From the NCBI GenBank assembly GCA_043228905.1, contig JBHGNT010000017.1:10912001-10976000 (forward strand): DNA of 64,000 nucleotides, written 5' to 3'. Positions 1 through 12,400 of this stretch are shown here, in pieces. Positions within the stretch are counted from its first letter, which is position 1. Each line of letters opens with the position of its first letter. Below the pieces are notes generated by a model that was given only the letters and a program-made list of their open reading frames with translations, had not been told where the DNA came from and searched no databases. Position numbers and translations under genes: made by a program. This DNA comes from Azolla caroliniana. Taxonomy: Eukaryota > Plantae > Polypodiophyta.

Positions 1-978
1 CCTCAATCCGCTTCCCGGCTACCGGCACTGTTAATCGCGTCCCGTCGAGCTCCGCAAGATGATACGTCCCGTTGTCATTCGCGCTCGTTATGGGGTAGGG
101 CCCGAACCACATCCTCGTGAATTTGCGCGTCACCTTGTGTTGGTTGTCGAGACTGTTGTTGTACACCAATACCCAGTCGCCTTCCTCAATCTTCTTTGGC
201 TGCAGCTGGTGTGTTTGGTCAAACCGACCTTTGTTGCTCTCCCTCGCCTCATGTATCTTCGCCTTTGCACGCTCCACGTCCTCCGCTCTTCGCTCGAGCT
301 ATCGAATTCGCGCTGCCAACAGCTCGTCCCGGCTCATCTCGTCTCTCCAATCTATCACCGCCCAGGAGGAAATCGTCCGGTCCATTGGCATGATAGGCCT
401 CTGCCCGTACATCAGCTCCGCTGGCATGAACCCTGTTACCGAATTGTGTGTAGTCCGGTCCGCCCACAACGCGTAAGGAAGGAGGCGCGGCCAATTCCCG
501 ACCTGTCCGTTGCATGTGCGTACCAGTGCCTTCACGATCGGCCCGTGCTGCGTTCTACCGTCCCGTTAGCCTCCAGGTTGTACGCCGTGGTGAGAGAGAG
601 CTTGACCCCTAGTTGATCGAACAACTCAGCTTCTTGTGCATTCAGTTCTCCTCGTTCCGCCACGATCTTCCCTACACACCGCCGCATTCATCTTGTTCTG
701 TAGTGCGCGGCCCTCCACCTGGTTCGTCAAATCTTCCCGCGCAAGCACTAGGTACTGCATCTGCCCTACCCCCATCGTCATCGTCACTAAGTCTACCATC
801 CACTTGAAATGGACGGTTGGCGGGTAGGTCGGGTGTAGCTCATCACGATGTTGGACTGTGGAGTGCAGCTGACAGATTTCGCACGTCGTCACGAACTAGT
901 GCACATCCCGGTACAACCTCGACCACCAATATTTCTCTTTCAGTTTCTCGAACGTGACCCATGTCCCGCGGTGTCCGG
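1..978 (-). pseudogene. Ty3/gypsy integrase fragment of Trp-primed element T1
   Basis: Minus-strand translation gives AGHRG..W...CEICQ (HHCC zinc finger), FKWMVDLV and LPYALWADRTTHNSVTGFMPAELMYGQRP, with frameshifts. Continues at 5422 after the nested insertion. Confidence 0.9.
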
Positions 979-3186
979 CCCTTATACGTTCCTAGGATAC
1001 GGGAGGTATCCCACTAAGTATTACGCTACGATGATATCATTTGTTGCAACACAGTCGCTTTGAGGTCTAGGTCGAAGGACTGACCGTAGACCGTGTTCCT
1101 AATCGGTAACACTTTTGGCACGCTCGGTGATCTGTGTCTTCTCATAGACGAACAACGACGAATGGATGTTTAGCCGCAAATGCCCCAGAGAACCAACACG
1201 ACAAGATTGACCAATCACAAGGTCCATCACAAGCCAGGTAGAGGAACGCGCACGGCAAAAGCCTCGCCTCAGTGACCTCAGTGATACCTGTTGGGAACAC
1301 AAAGACGATTTTTCGCTCCCCAAATACCTCGGCGACATGCAGGATGCGTGCTCACCATAGAAGCACTGTGGTCTTTCCCTGTCCGCCGTAGCATCCATCA
1401 TGGCCTTTTCTTTTCCCCGCTTCAACGACGAAACCGACACCGCAACCCACATTCGACTGTTCCTAAATATCTGGAATGCAAACCACATGGTGCAGAGCCT
1501 TTCCGAAGCAATAGCGCACTAGTCCAAACTGACGGAGTTTGGATTAACCTTGAATGGGAGAGCGGCGTTTTGGCATTCGCAGATGGATCTGCCAACAATC
1601 ACGACCTTCGACCAGCTGCAGTCAGCCTTTTTGCGTTTTTTTCATCGGAGGGTGCCGCAACGCGAAATCCTCGGGCAGTTTTACACAATTAAACAATTGC
1701 CGACCGAGACAGTAGCGGATTTTAGTTTACGCTTCCAAAATCTACGACGGAAATTAGAACGGGGCCCAACGGAGGACAAGGCTAGGGAGACATTTCTGGC
1801 AGCATTACGATGACCCATACGGACAACGCTCAACAACAATAGCGTGAAAGGGGAAATGGCCAATATGGTCATAGAAAGAGCGTTGCAGCTCGAGCTGGAC
1901 GAAGAAAGGAAAGGTTTTCCATGTCCTCATTACGACAAGTGTTACCTCAGGACGAGGAACGACATTTTCACCAGGCGATCCAGTGCACGATTTGCTTGAA
2001 TTCGGGGCATTTCGCAGTTGAATGCAACATGCGAATCCATTGTCCAATATGTCACTGGAAAGCTCACACAGATGAGCAATGCGAGTACAATATGTGGAAC
2101 AGATCCACGCCCACAATATGCAGCGTGGAAACACAACGTCCCCCACGCCGTAATGAACAAAGGCGAAAAGAAGAATGACCCCGGTATATGGATCGGAACC
2201 CACACGATGACTGGCACTACTGGAATCGCCGAAATCACAACAATTCGGAGGAAGACGAGCCGAAGGATGAAGACTACCGTGGCAACCATAGAAATACTAA
2301 AGGGGGTCAACGCTATGAGAATTACTGTTCGACGAACAAACGTGGCCTCGCGGAAAACATCGTCAGTATCGGCACCAACGACGGTACGACGAAAGTTCAG
2401 ATGATGACTGGCACCAGGAACTGCGTCGGGACCAATAGCAACCATCACGTATCCTTCGACGAACGAATCAGGACCGGGAGGAGCAAGTCACACCGGGGGA
2501 TCGACACACACCATAAGTTGCCGAGAAGGGCGAATCTAGCATACATTGTTTTGTTTGTCAATAGCCCGGACATTATGCCACACAATGCCCAGTACGCAAG
2601 GGCAAGGGGCCTGCCGTCAATACGATTACGGCGGAAGTACAGCAAGTCACGACACGTTAGCAAACAAAAAATGTTGATTAGGCCGCGCAAGATGAGATAC
2701 GTCAGACCGCCCCAGCATGCCAAGTTGAAAAAGCAAACGCGACAAATACGGAACGCATGCGGAAGGAGTCCGCAAACATGGTGGAACTATTGGAGGAAGA
2801 GGGAACATCTCTGGATCCTATATGGCAAGCACTGATAGGCTGCGAGATAACGTTAACCATGGAGAAGCTACTGCAACTAGTCCCACGATTCCGCAAGGCC
2901 ATGGAGGAGCGGATGACGGGCAGACCTGGGGTAAGCGTCGCCAGGAATTTTATGGACATTAGCGCCGAACCAACAATGGTGGATCACCACAATCTGGCTA
3001 TTAAGTTGATACTATACGGTGAGGAAATCCCAGGATGCGTAATTGACGGTGGCTTGGGCGTTAATGTAATTAGCGCGAAGACATGCGAACAATTGGGAAT
3101 TCCAGAATGGGAAGCTTGCCCGTTTTGGCTTCGCATGGCGGATACCCGCTCCGTACGACCATTGGGTTTTATACGGAAGGTAGGCA

Positions 3187-4590
3187 TGTGGAGAGATCAA
3201 GCTCAACTTAGTTTAGTTAGTTAGTCAACACATGTAACTTAGTAGTTACCTAGATAGAATCTAGTTAGTGTGTTGACCATAAACCCTTAAAAAGGATTTT
3301 GTACTTGAGTGGGATACATTGTAGATCCACCACTCCATGCTCATTTAATATAGGACTTACACGTTGTACCTATATTCTCCTAGCACATGTGCACCCTTGC
3401 ACATGAAACCTATATATACTTCATTGAAGGTATTTTTGTATTTGATGATGTTTCATAATATACACTCTAGTTTACTCATCCCCCATCATGTGTTATTCAT
3501 AAGTCTCTCTCTCTCTCTCTCTCTCTCTTCCTCTCACACACATACACACACATATCACATAATCTTCCGCTTATTATCATTATCACATAATTAGGTACTA
3601 ATTAACTCTTAATTACTTACCTGATTCTTAACATGGTATCAGAGCGTGTGGTTTAGAAAATCCACTAAGCCCACCCGACTCCGTGATTGTGTGTTCGAGA
3701 CGCCGACGACAAAATCTGGCTATCGGCTACCGTAGTGCCGCTACGTAGCACATGTACGTGATCGAAGGAAGAAAAGCAAAAGAAGAGAAGACACAATCAA
3801 CATGAACACAAAAATGGGTAGCTCGCTCCCTAGTGAAAAGGTTGACCGGAGCAATTATTCATCTTTGGAGTACAAGATGATCCAATACCTCGTCGGCCAA
3901 GGGTATTGGAGCTACATCAACGGCGCACTCGAGAACAAGCTCGACAACACAAACGCCAACTACCCAACGTGGGAGCAAGGAGCGAGTCGGGTAATGTATT
4001 GCTTGGCAACATGTGTCCACGACCATATGCTTAGCCACATTCGAGACACCAAGACGCCTAAAGAGGTGTGGGAGAACTTAAAGAAAATGTTCGCCGCCAA
4101 CACGACCGCCCACAAACTTCAACTCCGGCAAGAGTTGAATAACATTCGGCAAAAAGACATGTCCGTGTCGGACTACACCGCCAAAATCAAGAGCATTTGT
4201 GACCTGCTTGGCTCCATCAACATTAACATCGACGAAGACGAGATGGTTCAAGTATGCTTGGGTGGCCTCGCACAACGATTTGATCCACTACGGATGGCAA
4301 TCTTGGCAAGAGAAAACCCTCCCTCATTCTTTAGCCTCTAATCAATGCTATCGGTCGAAGAGAACCACGTCCGAACCAAAAGCAAGACGTCGGAAGGACA
4401 AATGTTCTTCTTGAATTCGAACGGTGGCCGAGGAGGAGGTCACGGCGGTAGAAGAGGTCAATTCGACCCATCACGTGAAGGGAACTCAAACCTTCACGGA
4501 AGCCATCGAGGAACCTTCGGAAGAAGGGGGAGCTTCCACGCCGAACATGGTCGGCAAATGAGGCCCGCAACTTGCAACTATTGCGGCAAA
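3187..4590 (+). mobile_element. 5' part of a Ty1/copia element: LTR 3187-3633, PBS-Met 3634-3645, gag 3802-4590
   Basis: TG...CA LTR followed directly by TGGTATCAGAGC. Copia-type gag (DRSNYSSLEYKM...WENLKKMF...KLQLRQELNNIRQ) is truncated inside its zinc knuckle CNYCGK. Confidence 0.9.
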
Positions 4591-4953
4591 AGGACTATTC
4601 CAAATACTGCTGAACAAGAGGAACCTCAACCCATGTCACCGGAAAGAACCACTACGGTGCACAGCACGGAACAGCAAGCGGAGTCCCCCGCGATACCAAA
4701 AAGCGAAACTGCCAACAACAGAACTGGCCACCATAGCACACGATGAGCCCACAGAGCCCGGGCCGCCCGCACAAGAAACCAACAATGCCATAGGCAGCCC
4801 TGCCGAGCAAGTAGTGGAACCACGTACCGACACACCTACGGACACTACGCCATCCCCGGACATTGGAGCAGAACCAAACATCAGGGCCATTTTGGAGGAA
4901 GATTAAAAGGGTAGGTCTGATGTGCCATGGCACTGTCCCACAAGCGTGCCAGG

Positions 4954-5421
4954 TGTTGTCCGCTAGAATAGGAACCGACGGACAGGAGCGCAGGAATATA
5001 ATATAGTAAAATTGTAACACATGTTAACGGTTAACACAGGAAGCGTGAACGGCTAAAACGACCATGTGTATATAAAGGGCAGAAATCCTCTGATAGAGGT
5101 AGCGTGTAATTTTGAATATAAGAGGCGTATATTAATAGAGTTCTATCTTCTCTGATCCTTGTGCGTATCTGTGGTTAATCTACTGTGTATCTGTGATTCT
5201 TGGTGGCGTAGCGTAGTCGTAAGAGCGTAGGCATGAGTAACAGTGTGGTTGCTAGTCCACAATCTAAAGAGTTCGGTTGTAGCCGACTCCCTTATACGTT
5301 ACTAGGATACAGGAGGTATCCCACTAAGTATTACACTACGACGATATCATTCGTTGCAACACAATCGCTTTGAGGTCTAGGTCGAAGGACTAACCGTAGA
5401 CCGTGTTCCTAATCGGTAACA
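4954..5421 (+). repeat. 3' LTR of element A (468 bp)
   Basis: TG/CA termini, TATATAAA box at ~5069, and 3' part duplicated at 979-1111. Confidence 0.88.
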
Positions 5422-8400
5422 CTCGCCACTACGCGGAGTGGAATGCTGCCTTGCTTCTTTGGGAGCTTCCATATACTTCCGTTCCGTAGGAAGAATCGAT
5501 ACGCTTTCTTCTAGATCCGGTTAGCCGCCTCTTGGCTCCATGTCGCGTCCGGCATCATTGTCCTCAGGAACCTTCCAATTTGGAGCCACTCCCCGTCGTA
5601 CTCGCTCTCGTTGAACTTGTTAAGCGCCGGAGTGCTCCCTGCCCTTGTCGCTACATGAGTCGACTCGAAGAAGTCTACGCCGACTTCTTCGTCCTCTGCA
5701 ACCATGTCGTTCTCGTTGTTGAAACGCGCTGTAGAAAGCATGTCGGCCATGGTGTTGTCCTTTATGTGAAGAAAAAAGGAAGAAAGAAGGTAAAGAAAGA
5801 AGTTCGTTCTTCTTAGAGCATCTCCAGCAACAATTGGAGCCCTTCAAAATGGATTTCAACTGCAGAGTAGACCTGGTATGCTTGCTTTGGTCTTGATTTT
5901 AAGCTTAACTAAGTAAGATGAAAGAAGAAAGAGGGTTGGATTTTGCCAAAGACGGTTTCCGGCCGTAAGACCCACACAAGTGCCCAACTACCAGGATCTC
6001 CGACTGCCTGAAGCTGACTTCTCTCCAGAGAAGGTGAGTCACATGCTCTCAAGTCTCTGTAGCACCTTCTTGTAGTCGTTGATGTGGTCCGCGACAAATT
6101 TCCGGCATCCGTCCAGCCCGACCGATTCGTCTGTATTCCCCACCAAACATCCCTTGATCGGGATGTCGTCCAAGCATGGCATGGTGATGTCTGGGACGTA
6201 GTCCCTCAATACCTTGTTCATCGCATTCACCATGTGCGCCACCGAGTTGGTCCCTCCCTGCGGTACACATCCGCACTAGGCCAAGAGGAGTCTGCATCGT
6301 CGTGATATCCCTGCTCTCTACGGCTAGTTGGAACTGGTCATACCTTGAATATAGATCACCGACCAAATAGATTGACCTTTCGGAGAAGGCCTCCACGAAC
6401 TCGTCGATTGTTGGTCCGATACCCGTGTTTCGAATGGTCACCTTGTTGACCGATTGCAGTTCTTGTATGAAGCGCAGTGTGCCGTTCCTTTTCGGCACGG
6501 TGAACCACCGATTCGAATACGAGGCACTTGACAGCTTGAGGATGCACATCTCCACTTTCTTTTTCAGCAGCTCCATCAACTTCGGGACGTGAGCTCTGGG
6601 TACTGGAATCGGTTTGAGATTCCACGACACATGCGGCACCATGAATATCACCATCGATTCTACGATCGTCGGGTCTACGCACCCAATCTCCTCCAGTGAG
6701 AATGCGAAGGTCTTCCCGTGCCTTCCGAGCATCCTCCGAAACCAATCCTCCTCCGCCAGCAGTAGAAAGCCATCCCCACCAACCTTGAGCTCCCGTAGTG
6801 TTATCTCGGTGAACCGGTGTCCTATGCCGGCCGGATTCCGCAAACTTGGGTCGGACGCGGCCCCTTTCATCCACTCCTTACTGCCATTTGGCAATGGAGC
6901 CGCGACTAGCCTCACCTTCTAGTCCATAGTCTTGTACCTTGTATCCACGTGAGCCGTTCTGTCCGACTTGACCCTTTCGCCGAAGTCAACAATGACTTCG
7001 TACATCTCCATTGAGCTAACCGGAATCGTCTGGTCTTCACTAAGGCCTTCTTCATCCACACCGCATAATTCCCCCAAGGTGTCATCGAAGGAGACCGCCT
7101 CCATGGCACCGCTAATCTCTTCGCCAGGGCCGGGGACACCGCACGCTCTGAATGTTTCCTCCACCCGCTTCTTTTCCCGGCCATTGATGCCAACTATAGT
7201 ACAACCTCTATTATCGGAGAACCAAAATTTCCTATCTATGGTACATGTCTGGGGTTTCTCCAGGGTGTCCGGACTACCGCGACCCGACGCCTTGATAGCC
7301 CTCTCTAAAAATCCCCTCGGTTGTCACCGCCTAGGGTCTAAAAATCCATGGACATCATTTGATTTCGGATCCATCATCTATCAATGCCACCACCAGCTCC
7401 GAAATGTCCTCGATCCGAACAGGGGTCTCCGTAGTGGCTTTGGCCCAATGCAACTTCGAATAGTGGTTGTCCGCTAACTCTTCCTCTAGGGCCGTGTCTT
7501 CTAGGCATGTCGTCTGCACCTCCACAGGCTTCTCCAGCTCCGGCTCCATCGAGAGCCGCTTACGCTTTACCTAGTCTACAATGGAGACGTGGAACTCCTT
7601 CTTGGCAATCCTGAGTACCTCCTGTAATGATAGCTCCACCTTGCTGTCGAGGATCCATTCCTCAAGGACCTTTCATAAGCCCGTCGTTCGTTCGATTTCG
7701 GTGCTCAACCGAAAACCGGCTTGCTTCTTTGTATCTGGCACGCCGGTGTTGGCGGCATCGCTCGGCTTCGGTCCGAACAGGGTGTCGTACCATTGTGAGG
7801 TGCCGGCCCCTCTAGCCTTTCCCGCACGCTTGTCTTCTACCAGAACCTCGTAGTTCTGGCATGCGGCTTCCACGAAGCCGATCTTTTCTTCAACCGGATC
7901 TTCCCATCCGGTGACCTTCCGAATCCGCTGCTCTGCGCGGTCCGCCTCCTCTTTCCTTAGCCGAACCCCGGAGAGGCCTTCTAGCACTAGCGACCAGAAT
8001 GCAGAGTCTTTCGCCTTCCGGCCCTCGTCGCCCCCGACCTGGATGCCCGCCGACGCAGAGTAGTGGACGGCCTCTGCGTGTTGCGCCGCAGCTTCCTCCA
8101 TCAACTGCTTCATTTTGCCGTGCTTGGTATTCAATTCCAGGGCTTTCCGAGTCTTGCTCGCATGTACCCGCCCATTCCAAAGGTACACCACGTTAGTCCT
8201 GAGTGCTTCTGCAAAATCTGCGCACTCCCTCCGGATTTGACCGACTGCGTCACACCACATGCCCCGTTGCCCTGCCGGCGGCCTCCGGTCACAAGGCTAT
8301 TCGCCGCTGCCTCTTCGGGCTTGCGCGATCTGGAGATCCCGCACCATTTGTGTCAGCTCTTCTAGAGCTGATCCCGTAGAGAGACCCTTGACCCCACCCT

Positions 8401-9405
8401 GTCAGACGAACCCGCACCCGACTCCAGCCAAGTTCGAGTCTCATCTTTCCTTGCCGATGCCGGCTCCTCGAACTCCCTTGCCGGGACCGACCTTGTTGCT
8501 GGCGATCCCTCGTTGCTCCATTCACGTCGTTTGTCGAAACGACTATAGACTTGTTTTACCACGGCCCAGTATGTGGTGAGCCCTTCGTCTGTCTCCAATA
8601 GGAGACCCACTTTCTCCCAGTCCGACGTGTCCACTCCTTTGACGAACAGTAGGACCCGGCTCATGTTGAGCACAGTCCAGTCCAGCGCCGACAACCAAGC
8701 GAACCGTTTTTCAAATTCTTGGAGGAGCGCAGACGTGTTCCTCGCCTTTTCGGGGGTCTCCACCCATTCCATGAACTCTCTCTTTGATAGCCGAAGCGAG
8801 TCATCGAGCCCGTATTTCTCGAGGATCAGACCTTCAGACTCTCCCCAGGTCCAACATCTAGCTTGTACCTCGAGCACCTCTGCGTGAATACCTGGCGTCG
8901 CCACCCGAGGGAAACCGTCCAACCGCCTATCTTCCAAAATGTCCCTCATCACCATTTTCGCCTGGTAGGCCTCCAAATAACTCATGGCGTTCTTACCATT
9001 GAACCGGCCTATCGCGCCGACAATCGCTTCAATGGCCCTGTCGAGGGCGCCTGTGCCCTCGTGGGCGCTTACTATCCGATCAACCGTTGCCGCCATGGCT
9101 TCGGCGAGCTCTGATCCCCTCATCTTCAACTCCTCTATCACCTTGTTTCACGTCGGGTTCACCAAATTGATGTCTAGGTCAAACAAAACACCTGCCCCAT
9201 TGTGTGCATGATCCTTTGTTGGTGCTAACGACAGAGAAGAGAGCGAGAGCATGTGTGAGCGAGAGAGAGAGAGGACAAGAGTGGTGCCATAGCCAAGTGA
9301 GGTTTGACGCCAAGAGCCTTGTGTGGTTGATACACTCTGAGTGGAGATTGTTGTATTCTGACCGCATCCTATATTCTCTCTGTATAATGCAATCTCCGTT
9401 ACCAT
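5422..9405 (-). mobile_element. Trp-primed Ty3/gypsy element T1: truncated LTR 9171-9405, PBS-Trp 9147-9164, gag 9141-7600, protease ~7550-7310, RT ~6950-5940, RNase H end 5760-5422
   Basis: Minus-strand PBS TGGTGAACCCGACGTGAA, gag knuckle (C)MWCDAVGQIRREC, protease LIDDGSEI, RT motifs NRWFTVPKRNGTLRFIQ, GDLYSRYDQF and PCLDDIPIKG. Multiple frameshifts. Confidence 0.9.
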
Positions 9406-12400
9406 TGTCATGATATAGCGTGCTCGAGTGTGGGAAAAACCGGCGAAAGGGGGGGTCAAAATGTGCATGTGCAATGTGTGTGCACACAAAGGCAATTAAT
9501 TGTGCACATGCCAAAGAAAAGGGAAAAGAAAGGGTGGAAAGAAAGTATACAAGCTCGGGCAAAAAGTAAGAGAGAGGAGAGATAAAAAGTAGAGAGGAGA
9601 CAAGCTATGAATTTGTAGATATAGAATTATATATTATATAAGAGAGAGTTAATGGACTAGTAGATAGTCATATTAACTTCTAGCTTAGAGGTGCACAGTT
9701 CAAATCCGGTCTTACAATGCAACGTGATTTAAGGAATTTTATTCCTTTTGCATTAAAGACAAATTTGGTGACCCCCCTTCATTTTTTCCTATAAAAGGAG
9801 GTCGAGGGGGGCTCATTTGGGAGGATGTTTTGGGAGGAGGAGACTATCACCATTTTTCCTTCGGAGGTCTTCATCTTCTTCTTCACCATTACTCTTCATC
9901 TCATACCCCTTCATCCCCTCATCGCCACCTGCTCATCTTCTTCGCGCTGGCACTCGAAGTGCTCATTTACGGTGCTCGTGAGCCCGAGCTTCATTGGTTC
10001 AACGTTGCTTCGCCCCTGTTCGTCGTTGCGAGCCCATGTCCTTGCCATTCGGGTGGTCGTGGTTCGTAGGGGTCGGCATTTTTGTGTTGCTCGTGTGTTC
10101 GTCTTCGTCATGTTCGTGCTCTGTGTTCGGATTTGCTTCTGTCTCTAAGGGCATTTAGTATTTATGCTTTATTGAGCTTGTGGTTAATTGGAAGTTGCCA
10201 CATTGTAATCAAACCCCATTTTATAAAGGGCCCTCTTGTGTTGGAATCAAACACATATTTATTTCTTTAGCCAATATCATTCATGTTTTTTCTCTTTTTT
10301 TCTTTCTTTGTTCTCAACCCCTTGTACGTTCGGCTGTCTTGTGACGAGGGAGTGTTTCGGGCGTGCCCATGCACCTCTCCTCATAAAGGCGTACGAACAT
10401 TTGTGCGTGTGTTTGTGTCTTCCTTGTACGTTCGGTTGTTTTGTAACGAGGGATCGTTTCGGCCATGCCCATGCACCTCTCCTCCTCATAAAGGCGTACG
10501 AGCATTTTGTGCGTGTGTTTGTGTCTTCCTTGTACGTTCGGCCATCTTGTGACGAGGGAGCGTGTCAGGCGTGCCCATGCACCTCTCCTCCTCATAAAGA
10601 CGTACGTGCATTTGTGTGTGTGTGTGTCTTCCTTGTACGTTCAGTCGTCTTGTGACGAGGGATCGTTTAGGCTTGCCCATGCACCTCTCCTCCTCATAAA
10701 GACGTACGTGCATTTGTGTGTGTGTGTGTCTTCCTTGTACGTTCAGTCGTCTTGTGACGAGGGATCGTTTAGGCTTGCCCATGCACCTCTCCTCCTCATA
10801 AAGACGTACGAGCATTTGTGCATGTGTTTTGCGTCTTCGTTGTATGTTCAGCCGTCTTGTGAAAAGGGAGTGTTCGGGCGTGCCCATGCACCTCTCTTCC
10901 TCATAAAGACGTACGTGCATTCGTGTTTGTGTTATCGTCCCCTTGTGCATTCATCTTGCGTGCTCATCTTTGCTTGTACCCGTTTGTTCACTTGACTCGT
11001 GCGGTGATCTCGAAAACTCGACGAGTCGTGATCAATGAAAGCCATCGTCCCCACAAAAGGGGTAATGAGTGCTTGCTCGGGAAGGGGTCAGGAAGTAGTA
11101 TTGTTGTAAAGCAAACCTCGGGTCTTCTCTATCTCTTCGTGCTCCCTTGTCCAAGACCCCCATGGTCCCACCCAAGTAACACACGCACGCGAAACTTCAC
11201 GACATAAATTGGTGAACTCGACGTGAAAGGCCGGCAAGGGAGAATCAAGATGCGAGGAGGAGAACTCGTTGAAGCGATGGCGGCGGCAGTGGACCACTTG
11301 GTAAATGCTCGAGAAGGCATCACCGGCCTAGACGGTGGTCAGCACAATGGGTCGGTTCAATGGAAGAGATACCACAACCTACTTGGATGCCTATAAGGCG
11401 GAAATGCTTATGCGAAATGTCCCCGAAGATAAGCGGCTAACCGGATTCTCTAGAGTGCCAACGCCGAGTATCCACACAGAGGTACTCAAGATCCACGCGG
11501 ATTGTTGCAATTGGGAGGAGTTCGAAGAAAGACTCCTTGAGAAGTACGGCCTTGATGACTCACTCAAAATTTCGAAAAGGGATCTAATGGAGTGGGTTGA
11601 GCTTCCCGAAAAGGGGAGAAATACTATGGCACTTCTACAAGAATTTGAGAAGCGCTTCGCGCAACTCTCGGCTCTCGATAGGACGGTGCTTGACACAAGC
11701 AAGGTCCTACTATTCATAAAAGTTGTTGATGCACGAGACCGAGAGAAGGTCTCACGACGGATTGGGCTATGGTAAAACGGGTTTGTAGTCGCTTTGATAA
11801 GAGAAGGGAATGGAACGACGAGTCTCTGTTAAGCGGCCAAACATCCATAGGCTCCATTAGTGAGACACATGAACCCAGGGGTGGTAGAGCACCTCAAGAA
11901 AGAGAGCAAGCAAATGCAAGGTTCGTCCCCGAGAGAAACATGGTTGAAGCACTGTCTGGAGGTTCGGCAATAGACAAGCTCACAAAGATGGTGCGAGATC
12001 TCCAAATAGCGCAAGCTAGGAGAGAGAGTGGTGGCCCTCAAGATCGACGTCCCCCGTTCGCGCAAAGATGTATGTGGTGCGACAATCCCGACCACCTACG
12101 AAGGGAGTGTGGGGACTTTCAAGAGGCCCTACGAAGGGATATTGTCTATCTTTGGAATAATAGGGTCTATTCGATGGAGACAAGGCGCCCCTTGGGATTG
12201 AATCAAGGTACAAGGGGCATGAGAAGGCTAATGGAGAATGGCGGAAGCACGACATCTTGAAGCCGTCCACTACTCGTCGTCGGCTGGGATCCAAGTGGGG
12301 AAAGAGGTGAGGAGTAAAGAGGAGAAAGAGTTTGACTTTTTGCCGTCAATCCTTGGAAGCCTCTCTAGGGGAAAGTTCAAAAGAGAAGAACGGTCCAAGA

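Larger units (their letters stand above)
979..5421 (+). mobile_element. Arg-primed Ty3/gypsy element A (5' LTR truncated, pol deleted, copia fragment inside)
   Basis: 979-1111 matches the last ~133 bp of the 3' LTR 4954-5421 (TGTTGTCC...GGTAACA). PBS TGGCACGCTCGGTG at 1116. gag at ~1330-2180 has two CCHC knuckles (CTICLNSGHFAVEC, CPICHWKAHTDEQC). Protease IDGGLGVNVI at 2757-3186. Tail 4590-4905 resembles the 3' ORF end of element B. Confidence 0.88.

Noticed and set aside
10320-10945. Regular repeats resembling a CRISPR array (also 57800-58080)
   Set aside because: Whole units repeat with no unique spacers, there are no cas genes, and they lie inside eukaryotic LTR elements.
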